In this document: one piece after another, positions 28,419-37,098 of the stretch
How positions within the stretch are numbered: the stretch's first letter is position 1
Layout of the letters: each line of letters begins with the position of its first letter
IMG/VR virus record: IMGVR_UViG_2648501187_000001
Direction: 5' to 3' (one strand)
DNA from: an uncultured virus (IMG/VR IMGVR_UViG_2648501187_000001)
Taxonomy: Duplodnaviria > Heunggongvirae > Uroviricota > Caudoviricetes
DNA: 42,094 nt
Position numbers and translations under genes: made by a program
The notes under the pieces: generated by a model
Databases searched by the model: none
What the model saw: the letters and a program-made list of their open reading frames with translations, nothing else
Told to the model about the DNA's origin: nothing

Positions 28419-29197
28419 GCCGTCGGGTATGCGTTCCCCTCGCGTTTCTCGAACGTTTCGAGCATGGCGGGCACGCCTTCCATGGGGAACGTGGCCGTCG
28501 TGCCGAGGATGACGCCCTTCAACAGGTTCGCGGCCACATGCTCCGCCTCCCGGACGGCTTTCGTGTTCGAGGCGGGACGCCGGTGCGCGGCCGCGTACTC
28601 GCGCATGACGGGCAGTTGGCGCGCCAGCTCGTCGTCATGCATGCCGTGCGCGCGGATGCGCCGCAATTCCGCGAGGTCGTCGTCCGGCAGGCGGCACGGC
28701 CATGGGGCGGACGGGTCCGCGCAGACGAGGCCGGCGGCGAGCATGAGCCGCATCGATTCCGCCTGCATTTTCCGCCGCCGCCGGGCGTCCATGTCCCGTT
28801 CCAGCAGATGCAGGTTCGAGGCGACGTTGCCCAACGCCATGTCCACGGTCCGCCGTGTCGCCAGACCGGCCGCCAGGGGCTTCAGGCCGTCCGGCAGCCC
28901 CGCGTCGAGGAGCAGGCACCCGTCCGGCAGGGACAGGGCCTCGAGCATGTTCGGGGATCCCTTGGCGACGCCTTTCAGGAACGCGACGGGCGTCATGATG
29001 GTGATGTCGGGATCGTGCAGCCCGATCGTCGCGTCCGCGCGATCCAGGAGGATGTCCTCCGGATTCGGCGCGATGACGATCCTCAGGTCGATGTCGCTGT
29101 CCGGACGGGCGAGCCCGTGCGCGTGGCTGCCGCCCACCCATGCGGCGAGCACTCGACGGGCCATGTGGGGTGCGAGCGCCTGTTCGAAACGGTTCAT
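28415..29197 (-). CDS. Pol-beta superfamily nucleotidyltransferase (RlaP/Nuc-transf-like)
   Basis: GGSHAHGLARPDSDIDLR and KGSPNMLEAL. Confidence 0.8.
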   Translation of the reverse strand: MNRFEQALAPHMARRVLAAWVGGSHAHGLARPDSDIDLRIVIAPNPEDILLDRADATIGLHDPDITIMTPVAFLKGVAKGSPNMLEALSLPDGCLLLDAGLPDGLKPLAAGLATRRTVDMALGNVASNLHLLERDMDARRRRKMQAESMRLMLAAGLVCADPSAPWPCRLPDDDLAELRRIRAHGMHDDELARQLPVMREYAAAHRRPASNTKAVREAEHVAANLLKGVILGTTATFPMEGVPAMLETFEKREGNAYPTA

Positions 29198-29514
29198 CGT
29201 TCGATTCCCAACGATTCGAGGTAGTCGTCGCCGAGCCGGGCGGCCTGCCGGCCTTCGCGGCTGTGGTTGATGCGGTCGGCCACGTCGCACGCCTCGCGGA
29301 CGAGGCCGGCGAACAGGCGGGCGTCGCCGGCGTCGCGGGCGCCGATGCCGGTCCATGCGATGCGGGCCTTGCCGTATTCCATGCGGATGGTCACGCAGGC
29401 CGGTTCGCCGAGGCGCGTGGCGTCCGTCCCGTTGTCGATCCGGTATGGGCGTTCCGGGTCGTCGAGACGGTGGACGGTGAAGTGTTCTGTGGAGAATGCG
29501 ATGCGATCGTTCAT
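29194..29514 (-). CDS. Hypothetical protein
   Basis: ATG 9 nt after GGACGCATG; ATGA-coupled to the nucleotidyltransferase. Confidence 0.6.
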   Translation of the reverse strand: MNDRIAFSTEHFTVHRLDDPERPYRIDNGTDATRLGEPACVTIRMEYGKARIAWTGIGARDAGDARLFAGLVREACDVADRINHSREGRQAARLGDDYLESLGIER

Positions 29515-29553
29515 GGAGGGGTGCATGCGTCCCCGCGGACGGGTTCCGTCGGG

Positions 29554-29633
29554 CTTTACATTATTGTAAGGCCCCGGCCCCGGACTTTACAATATTGTAA
29601 AGCCTCACCTCCGACCTTTACAATATTGTATAG
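29554..29633. repeat. Three palindromic CTTTACAATATTGTAAAG-type repeats at 31-bp period (iteron-like)
   Basis: Copies start at 29554, 29585 and 29616. Confidence 0.85.
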
Positions 29634-29653
29634 TTTTCCGGCCCGTTTTGTAT

Positions 29654-29930
29654 GCGTGTATGCATCTGTATGCATCCGGGGATGCATACAGAAAAAGCCC
29701 GGAAAAAGCCCGAAAACCCTTATAAATAAAGGAAAAAATATAATTCCTTTATCTTGTATGCATTGTATGCATCAATATATGGGGTTTCCTTCCTTTTTCC
29801 CGAATCCCCTATAAGGGAATGATGCATACAATGCATACACGCCTCCGGACCATCCCCGGAACGCTGGAAACAAGCCGAAACGGAAAGAAAAGATGTATGC
29901 ATCCCCGGATGCATACGGATGCATACACGC
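29654..29930. repeat. Nested inverted repeats of ATGCATAC units around an AT-rich core (candidate origin)
   Basis: 29654-29690 / 29894-29930 (36 of 37 bp) and 29755-29774 / 29820-29839 (20 of 20 bp). Confidence 0.8.
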
Positions 29931-29975
29931 GCCCCGGAATGCATACGCGCCCCGGGGCCGGCATAGCCGCGCCGC

Positions 29976-30803
29976 ATGAACGGCTTGAGACCATACGCGG
30001 TCCGGTTCACGGTGTCCGCCTCCCTGTGGATGACGACCACCGGCGACGAGGACGTGATCGAACGGAAACGGCGGCGGGGACGCCTGCGCGCCTACGGACG
30101 GCAGGTGTGGCGGGAGGCGAAGACCGCGGGCGCGCCCCGGGTCAACCGGTACATGATGCTCGTCACCGTGGGGGGACGCCCGGAAAGCCCCGTGCTCGCC
30201 GCCGAGACCCTGAAGCCCCTGATCGACGCGGGCACGGACGAGGCCCTGTGGCCGGACGACGACCCGTACCATCGCGTGATGACCTGCTATCTGAGGGATC
30301 CCCGCCCCCTGCCGGGCGGCCGGGCGGAACTGTTCATCTGGGTGATCCCATTGGCCCCCGGCGTCGACCCGCTGGCCCGGCTGCTGGCCCGCGTGCCCGG
30401 CTCCAAAGCGACCCTGGCGCGCGCCACGTTCGGCGAGGATTCGTGGCTGACCAGCAACATGCGCATGACGGCCCGGGAGCGCAAGGCGATGCAGACGCGT
30501 GCCATGCGCGCCTGCCAAGGCGCATGGCACGCGAGCCCGGGCGCCTGCTGCGGCGTCGTCTGCCAGGTCCGCTACCCGGATCCGAGACGCGAATACAAGG
30601 GCGATCCGGACAACGTGGCGGAGACGGCGACCGCCATGTGGGGCGTCGGCGTCATGCAGGGCCTCCTGCCCGCCAGCCCGGGCGTCTTCTGCTTCATGCT
30701 CGCCGACGGGGAATCCGAACCGAAGCACCATGATCTCGACATGCTCGCGTTCACCGTGCCGTCCGACGCGGACTGGCCCCGCCTGCTGCTCGGGGACGCA
30801 TAG
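29976..30803 (+). CDS. Tandem two-domain RusA-like resolvase homolog
   Basis: Domain 1 LWMTT...[11 protein letters not shown]...WPDDD; domain 2 WLTSN.R...YPDPRR...DPDNVAET. Confidence 0.55.
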   Translation: MNGLRPYAVRFTVSASLWMTTTGDEDVIERKRRRGRLRAYGRQVWREAKTAGAPRVNRYMMLVTVGGRPESPVLAAETLKPLIDAGTDEALWPDDDPYHRVMTCYLRDPRPLPGGRAELFIWVIPLAPGVDPLARLLARVPGSKATLARATFGEDSWLTSNMRMTARERKAMQTRAMRACQGAWHASPGACCGVVCQVRYPDPRREYKGDPDNVAETATAMWGVGVMQGLLPASPGVFCFMLADGESEPKHHDLDMLAFTVPSDADWPRLLLGDA

Positions 30804-30842
30804 GAGCATGGCGAAAACGCAACCGACCGGAGGGAGGCCGTC

Positions 30843-31892
30843 ATGGTCATGGACAGGCATAACAGGAGCCACAAGCCGAAGGGCACGCCCGACGGCGGCC
30901 GATACGAGGCGAAAAACGGTTCGGCCGGGTCGGATGACGTGGCCCCGCCCATGGACGCGGATCCGACGGCCCGCATCATCGGCTCGCACGAACCCCTCAC
31001 CGGGGATGACATCGAGTACATTCGCACCGCCTCCGGCCCCGACACGATCGGCCTGATGGCCGCCCATCGGCCCGAGGTGGACGCGTGCCTCGCGTCGAAT
31101 CCGAACATCACGGAGGATGACGTGGACAGGCTCGTATTCCGCCAGCGGGACGGCGGGGCGCGCGCGGACACGGTGTCCGGCGCCTGCATGCGCCCCGTCA
31201 TGTCGGACGCGTTCCGCGACCGCTGCGTGGGCTGGATGCGCGACCAGACCCCGCGTATCAGGCACGCGGCCATCGACGCGATAGGCTCCAACCCGCATGC
31301 GGCTCCCGAACTCGTCAAGGAAAGCCTGTGGGCCGACCCGTGCATGCGGCAGGCCGTCCGCGTGGCCGCGAACCCGGCGGCGGACGATTCGACGCTCGCC
31401 CTCGCCGTCAACATCCACCCGCGCGACAGCAGCGTGTTCGCGGGCAAGGTGCTCCGCCATCCGCATTGCGGCCCCGACGCGCTGCACGCCATCGACGAGA
31501 GGACCACGGACCCGTGGATCCGAGAACGCGTGTGGAGCCATCCGCGCATGGACATGGCGACGCTCGCCGACTGGAAAAGCCACGTGTCCTACGACCGGTA
31601 CGAGGCCGCGTTCGGCGCGGCTCGCAGCCCGAAGCTCGACTTCGCGCTCGCCTCAAGCCTCGCCTCTTTGGACAACCCGGACGTGGACAGGCGGCTCGCC
31701 TCCAATCCGAGGACGCCCACGGAACTGCTCGGCTCGTTCGCCGGACGCGGAGACCGTCAGACCGACCAGAACCTCGCCCGAAACCCGAGCCTGCCGTTGG
31801 CGAGCCTCAAGGTGCTGCGCGACCGGTATCCGGACGATCCCGGCATGCAGGCCATGCTGGACGGCAACCCGGTTTCGACGGACCGGCATTAG
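30843..31892 (+). CDS. Leader-family protein 7 with HEAT/LRV-like helical repeats
   Basis: MVMDRHNRSHKPKGTPDGGRYEAK...DDVAPP; repeated LASNP / IGSNP / AANP / LARNP units. Confidence 0.8.
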   Translation: MVMDRHNRSHKPKGTPDGGRYEAKNGSAGSDDVAPPMDADPTARIIGSHEPLTGDDIEYIRTASGPDTIGLMAAHRPEVDACLASNPNITEDDVDRLVFRQRDGGARADTVSGACMRPVMSDAFRDRCVGWMRDQTPRIRHAAIDAIGSNPHAAPELVKESLWADPCMRQAVRVAANPAADDSTLALAVNIHPRDSSVFAGKVLRHPHCGPDALHAIDERTTDPWIRERVWSHPRMDMATLADWKSHVSYDRYEAAFGAARSPKLDFALASSLASLDNPDVDRRLASNPRTPTELLGSFAGRGDRQTDQNLARNPSLPLASLKVLRDRYPDDPGMQAMLDGNPVSTDRH

Positions 31893-31908
31893 GAAAGGCA
31901 GCGTCATC

Positions 31909-32367
31909 ATGGTCATGGACAGGAACAACAGGAGCCACGCGCCGAAGGGCACGCCCGGCGGGGGACGTTTCGAACCGAAGGGAGGGGACGCCCCGGCGGA
32001 TGATGTGACGCCGCCCGCATCCCGCCCCGACCCGCATGATCTGGCCGCCATCTTCGACCGGCCGGACCTGGCCCGCCAAATCGACTTCACGCTGGCGGAC
32101 GGCGGCCGGGTCAGCGGGTACGCGATGGACTGCGAACGCCTTCCCCGCGAGCATGTGCCGGACGGCTGGCACGTGTACGCGATCATGGAAAGCGAATCCG
32201 ACGACGACGATGCGGACATCATGACGATCCGCGAGAACACGCGGGTGAACCATCGCATGGACTTCGCCACCGACCGCGACCTGACCGATGTCATCGACGA
32301 CCCGGAATTGGAGAACGTGGCGGACTGGGGGTTCACGGACCGGACGCTCGCCGACGACCTCGCCTGA
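31909..32367 (+). CDS. Leader-family protein 8 with an LPD28-like domain
   Basis: MVMDRNNRSHAPKGTPGGGRFEPK...DDVTPP; ERLPREHVPDGWHVYAI...TIRENTRVNH. Confidence 0.75.
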   Translation: MVMDRNNRSHAPKGTPGGGRFEPKGGDAPADDVTPPASRPDPHDLAAIFDRPDLARQIDFTLADGGRVSGYAMDCERLPREHVPDGWHVYAIMESESDDDDADIMTIRENTRVNHRMDFATDRDLTDVIDDPELENVADWGFTDRTLADDLA

Positions 32368-32421
32368 CATGGAAGCCGCGATACGCCGAGACCGTCGGAA
32401 ACAGGCCCCGGGAGGGGCGCC

Positions 32422-32700
32422 CTAGCCGGCGATCTCGGCGAAGAACGCGTCCGGATCGTCCACGACCCACACGTGGAAGCCGCGTGATTCGAGTTTCGCG
32501 AACATGGCCGCCTGGCTGGCCCGGGGCCGGCCGCCCGGCCGTTTCAATTCCACGAGATACAGCCGTCCGCCGGGCATGAACAGGAGCCGGTCCGGCACGC
32601 CCAGCCGTCCGGGCGACACCCATTTCAGGGACAGTCCCCCATGGCGTCTCGCCAGAAGGTTGAACCGGCGTTCCACCGTGTTCTCCCTCACCGCCGCCAT
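32422..32700 (-). CDS. VRR-NUC domain nuclease
   Basis: REN.VE, KWVSPG..GVPDRL, VELKRPGG. Confidence 0.9.
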   Translation of the reverse strand: MAAVRENTVERRFNLLARRHGGLSLKWVSPGRLGVPDRLLFMPGGRLYLVELKRPGGRPRASQAAMFAKLESRGFHVWVVDDPDAFFAEIAG

Positions 32701-33107
32701 CCGAACCCCTTCCGCGCGTCGGGCGCGTCCGGCTCGACGGGGAGCATGCGGATCAGGCGCGCCCGTTCCGGAAAGCCGGCCGCCTCCAGCACGCGCGCGT
32801 CCAGATCCGCGCCGAGCGTGCGCAGCGTGTCCGCGTCCAGATCGGTCCGGGCCGCGAGCACGCGGCGCACGCGCGCATCCCGGTCATGGGCGAGCGTGGA
32901 CATCAGCGCCGCGTCCAGGCCGGGCCGGGCGGCCACGCGGGCGCGCACGCAGGCCGCCGGATCGTCCGCCAGACGCTCCACGACACGGTCGGGCAGCGGC
33001 ATGCCCGCCGCGTGCGCGCGCACCACCGGATTCGGGTCGAACGCGGCCCGACGCGCGTCCCCCGACCCGTCCAGCAGGGCCAGGACCCTGTCATGCCAAT
33101 CATCCAT
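32688..33107 (-). CDS. HEAT/LRV-repeat protein
   Basis: Repeats LADDP..VR..VA and LAHDRD..VR..LA; ATG 9 nt after GGAACGCATA. Confidence 0.7.
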   Translation of the reverse strand: MDDWHDRVLALLDGSGDARRAAFDPNPVVRAHAAGMPLPDRVVERLADDPAACVRARVAARPGLDAALMSTLAHDRDARVRRVLAARTDLDADTLRTLGADLDARVLEAAGFPERARLIRMLPVEPDAPDARKGFGWRR

Positions 33108-33196
33108 GCGGCCGCGTATGCGTTCCGGCGCATAGACGCATACCGACGCGCATGGGGCCGCCACCGGTCCCATGCGACGATTCGAAAAGGAGAACC

Positions 33197-35605
33197 ATGG
33201 ACAAACGAATCAGCAGGACCCTGGCCGCGACGCTCGCCGCGGCCACCCTGGCCGGCGGGACGGCCGCACCCGTCTGGGCCGACCAGCCGACGGCGGGCGG
33301 GGCGGCGACCCGCACCGGACAGCGCGCGCCCATCGCCGGCCTGGCCGGCGTGACGGCCCGGTGGAGGGACGCGCAAGGCGGCACCGGCCCCGTCACGGGA
33401 TTCGATCCGGCCAACGGGAGGGGAGGCGACGTGCCCGCCGGCACGACCGCGGTCACCCTTGACGGCCTGCCCGACGGATGGACCCAATCCGTCTCCAAGG
33501 ACGATCCGCTGACCGTCACCCTCGCCGCGCCCGATCAGGCCCAGTCCCGCACCTACACGTTCCGCGCCGTGTCCGCCGCCGACCGGTTCAGGGAATCATT
33601 GAAGAAGGCCGAAACGATCCGCGACGACAGGGACGCGACGGACGCGTACGACCGGGCGAGCCTCGACGCGCTCGGCAAGGCGATCGGCGACGCGGGGAAA
33701 CTGGACGCGGACACCGCCGGCGACCAGGCACTCGACAAGGCCGCCGACGGCCTCGACCGGGCGGTCGCGGGGCTGCGCGTCGTCAACTGGACGTTCCACG
33801 GCCGGACCCTCGCCTACGACGAGTCGAAGACATGGACGATCGCCGACCCGTTGGACACGCTCCCCGGCACGGACGAGAAGATCACGGGAGGCAGCACGTC
33901 CAACCGGATCGAAGTGCCGCCCACGGCCTCCAAACCCGACGTCAGGAACACGCTGCCCGGCGTCACCGAAACGAATCAGGACCTGACCGCGTCCCACGGC
34001 GGCGAATCGTTCCGCATCCCCATACGCATCGTCCAGGGCACGGAGATCACATTGAAGGACGGGACCCGTTTCACCGGTCCGGAGAACGGGTCCGAATGGA
34101 CCGTCACCGACACCGGCCACCGGCTCGACAAGGACAACATGCCCGACACGGACAAGGTGGAACTGTCCGACGGATCGACGCTCCCCGTCACCTGGGGCAA
34201 GGCCACGCTCGACCCGTCGGGCGCGGCCGGCCCCGTATGGACCATGAGCGGGAAGGCCACGCGCACGCTCGACAACGGGCAGACGCTCACCGTCGAACTG
34301 ACCGCCAGCCGCGCCTGGAACGCGAAACTCAGCATCGGCGTGGAGCATCGGACCGCCGACGGGAACACGACCCTCATCCCCGGCATCGACCTGGAGGACG
34401 CGACCGCCGCCGACACCCCGTTGGACGTGACCCTGCCCACGCTCCCCTACGCCGCGGCCGGCGACCAGTACACGCCCGCCGTGACCAGCGGCGACGACGC
34501 GACGGTCGCCATGAACGCCACCGGGCTCGGCGACGACGGGATGCGCGTGTTCACCGGCACCGTCAAGGCGACCAGGACGGACGGCACCGTCGTGACCCGC
34601 AGGTTCACGATCCGCCAGCCGTTCGACAAGCCGTCCAGGACCGTCGACGCGCCGGACGCCGCCCTCGACGGGCTGCTCGTCAACGGCAGGCCCATCCAAG
34701 GATGGGATCCCGACATCCTCGAATACACGATCACCGCGGGCGAGGACGACAAGGTCACGGTCAGCCCCAGGGCGAAGGCCGGGCAGACGGTGAAGGCGTC
34801 CGACACGACCCTGACCGCGCACAGCACCGTCCAGCATTGGACGGTGACCGGCCCGGACGGCGGGAACCGTACGTACACGGTCACGCTCGTCCGCGACCAC
34901 AGGACCCCCACCGCGGACGAGGCGTTCAAACCCTCCGATCCGAAGGACACGGGCGGCACCCAGGAGGCTCCCGGCCCGGACACGGCCACGCTGAAAAGCG
35001 TCGGATGGACGAAGGACGGCACGTACCACGCGGAGAAGGGCGACGAATACCTGATCCCGGAGGGCGGCTCGTTCGCCTACGAATCGTACCTGGGCCAGAT
35101 CGTGAAGATCACGCCGGGCCGCGACCACGGCATGACGTGGAAATACCGGATCGGGGTGCTCGCCCCCGACGGCGTCACCTACCGGACGCGCACCGTCACG
35201 GTCACCTACCTGACGGAGGCGACCCACAGGGCGGGCCTGACCGGGTTGAGCGTCGACGGGCGCGACGTGGACGGGTTCTCGCCGGACAGGCTCGAATACA
35301 CGGTCGGGGTCGCCAATCCGGAACGCTACGTGGTCACCCCGTCGTGGGACAAGCAGACGGGCATGAGCGTCACCAAGCATGTGGACGGCGCGGACACGAC
35401 GCTCACCGTGACCAGCGCCGACGGGCTGACATCCGTCGTCTACAGGGTGCACGTCGAATACGATGCGGGGCTCGCCGCCACCGGCGCGGGCGTGACGGGC
35501 GTGATCATGATCGCCGTCGCCGCCGTCCTGGCGGCCGCCGGCACATGGTTCGCGTCCCGGCATAAGCCGCATGATCCGGACGGGGACACGGACGCGACCA
35601 TGTGA
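33197..35605 (+). CDS. Sortase-anchored surface protein (FIVAR-like and cadherin-like beta-sandwich repeats), putative mating adhesin
   Basis: AAGGAG RBS, signal peptide, repeats LDGLLVNG..GWDPDILEY and LTGLSVDG..GFSPDRLEY, C-terminal LAATG + TM + basic tail. Confidence 0.8.
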   Translation: MDKRISRTLAATLAAATLAGGTAAPVWADQPTAGGAATRTGQRAPIAGLAGVTARWRDAQGGTGPVTGFDPANGRGGDVPAGTTAVTLDGLPDGWTQSVSKDDPLTVTLAAPDQAQSRTYTFRAVSAADRFRESLKKAETIRDDRDATDAYDRASLDALGKAIGDAGKLDADTAGDQALDKAADGLDRAVAGLRVVNWTFHGRTLAYDESKTWTIADPLDTLPGTDEKITGGSTSNRIEVPPTASKPDVRNTLPGVTETNQDLTASHGGESFRIPIRIVQGTEITLKDGTRFTGPENGSEWTVTDTGHRLDKDNMPDTDKVELSDGSTLPVTWGKATLDPSGAAGPVWTMSGKATRTLDNGQTLTVELTASRAWNAKLSIGVEHRTADGNTTLIPGIDLEDATAADTPLDVTLPTLPYAAAGDQYTPAVTSGDDATVAMNATGLGDDGMRVFTGTVKATRTDGTVVTRRFTIRQPFDKPSRTVDAPDAALDGLLVNGRPIQGWDPDILEYTITAGEDDKVTVSPRAKAGQTVKASDTTLTAHSTVQHWTVTGPDGGNRTYTVTLVRDHRTPTADEAFKPSDPKDTGGTQEAPGPDTATLKSVGWTKDGTYHAEKGDEYLIPEGGSFAYESYLGQIVKITPGRDHGMTWKYRIGVLAPDGVTYRTRTVTVTYLTEATHRAGLTGLSVDGRDVDGFSPDRLEYTVGVANPERYVVTPSWDKQTGMSVTKHVDGADTTLTVTSADGLTSVVYRVHVEYDAGLAATGAGVTGVIMIAVAAVLAAAGTWFASRHKPHDPDGDTDATM

Positions 35606-35613
35606 TCCGGATA

Positions 35614-35673
35614 CCCATACACGCGGGAAGGCCGGATGCGGNNCCCCGCATCCGGCCTTCCCGCGCGTATGGG
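35614..35673. terminator. Long GC-rich hairpin between convergent genes
   Basis: cccatacacgcgggaaggccggatgcgg / ccgcatccggccttcccgcgcgtatggg; NN in the loop. Confidence 0.65.
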
Positions 35674-35683
35674 GAAAACCGGC

Positions 35684-35965
35684 CTAGGCGGCCGGGTCGA
35701 GGGCCGCGGCCCGCCTGGTGGCGAACATGCCCGCACGGCACAGGATCGACGCCTGGACGGGCGTCAGGCCGCCGCCGAACCGTCCCATGAGACGGAACGC
35801 GTCCTCCATGAGAATCCGGTCCGTTCCGGGCAGTGTCTCCAGGCATCTGGCGGCACGGGCGAACACTTCCGCATCATGCTCCAGCATGGCGTACGCGTCC
35901 ATCATGCGCGCCCCGCCCTCACGGCTGATGCTCTCCGCCGCGCGATCCCAATCCATTCCGGTCAT
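35684..35965 (-). CDS. Hypothetical protein
   Basis: 93 aa; ATG 9 nt after GGAACGCATA. Confidence 0.6.
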   Translation of the reverse strand: MTGMDWDRAAESISREGGARMMDAYAMLEHDAEVFARAARCLETLPGTDRILMEDAFRLMGRFGGGLTPVQASILCRAGMFATRRAAALDPAA

Positions 35966-36001
35966 GCCCCCGTATATGCGTTCCGGCCACCCGCCTGTCG
36001 C

Positions 36002-36988
36002 TCAGCCATGCCAATGCCCGCGCATGCGCTCCGGCAGCCGCCATGAGGCGGCGTTCGGCAGGCCGAACACGCGGCCGAGCCTGTCCATGTCATGTCCCGT
36101 CCACCCGTCCAGGGGGACGGGAATGCCGGGTGAGGGCGTCCACCCGTCCGTCATGAAACCGCCGGCCATGACGGACGCCGCGTCGCCCGCATGCTGGCGG
36201 GAGCGTGCCGCGCACAAGCCGTCCAACCGTTCCAGGATCCCCGTGTTCCCGTCGCCGCGGCCGGCCGACAGCCACAGGACATGCGTGTTCCGGCAGGCCG
36301 GATGGTCGAGCACCCTGTCCCACCGGCGGAACTTCGCCTCCAATGACTGTCCGGTGGACGCGGTCAGCTCCACGCATACGAGCAGGCCCTCGCCGATGAG
36401 CGCCAGATCGGGGCCGCCATGGCCCATGATCGGATCATCGCAGATCCGGTCGAACCGGCACCACGCCTCCCCCGCGGTCAGCCACCCGTCGCGCCGGGCG
36501 CGGACGGCGAGCCCCGTGCAGATCAGGTTGTGCCGGTCGTACTGGCGTTGCCCGCGCAACGGCCCCGGCCCGATGTCCGCGATTTCCGCGGGCGTGAGGC
36601 CCAGCCGGCGCAGTTCCGGATCGATCGCGTGGTGGACGGGCAGGCGGACGGCCATGAAGCCCGCGTTCTTCGGCCCCCATCCGCCGCGCCCGTTCACGTT
36701 GATGGGGAAGCCCAGGTCGATGAGGCGCATGCCGGCGAGCATCATCCACAGCGTGGACCGCGGGTCGGCGGGCAGCCGCGGGTCGAGCTCGTGGAGTTGG
36801 CTTGTCTCGCAGGTCCTGTACGAGCGGATGAGCGCGAGCGCCGCCCCGGTGACGGGGGCATGCCGTTCCAGCCATGCGCGCGCCCTCTCCCGGTCGGGGA
36901 GCCATGCGGGCGGGTCGGCCACGCGGCTGTCCCACCAGTTGAGGGCCGATCCGGCCGACCACCATGATTCGTCGAAAGCGTCGAACAT
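36002..36988 (-). CDS. Replication-relaxation (Replic_Relax-like) wHTH + PD-(D/E)XK protein
   Basis: HNL...W..GE...GPDLAL...VELTAS...K pattern. Confidence 0.55.
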   Translation of the reverse strand: MFDAFDESWWSAGSALNWWDSRVADPPAWLPDRERARAWLERHAPVTGAALALIRSYRTCETSQLHELDPRLPADPRSTLWMMLAGMRLIDLGFPINVNGRGGWGPKNAGFMAVRLPVHHAIDPELRRLGLTPAEIADIGPGPLRGQRQYDRHNLICTGLAVRARRDGWLTAGEAWCRFDRICDDPIMGHGGPDLALIGEGLLVCVELTASTGQSLEAKFRRWDRVLDHPACRNTHVLWLSAGRGDGNTGILERLDGLCAARSRQHAGDAASVMAGGFMTDGWTPSPGIPVPLDGWTGHDMDRLGRVFGLPNAASWRLPERMRGHWHG

Positions 36989-37068
36989 GAGGTCCGGCTA
37001 TGCGGGTCGTCCGCGTACGGCGTGTCGCCTTGCGCCGGCCGGGATGCGGGGTGGTGGCGAAACGCATG

Positions 37069-37090
37069 GTATGCGTCCCGGGACGCATAC
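37069..37090. promoter_or_regulatory. 22-bp perfect palindrome with GCATA boxes on both strands
   Basis: gtatgcgtcccgggacgcatac, just before ATG 37099. Confidence 0.65.
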
Positions 37091-37098
37091 GCGCCCGC

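Noticed and set aside
29554..29633. Regularly spaced palindromic repeats as a CRISPR array
   Set aside because: Repeats are only 17-18 bp with ~13-bp spacers, three copies, and no cas genes
35642..35643. NN in the hairpin loop
   Set aside because: Likely a sequencing ambiguity caused by the strong hairpin, not biology
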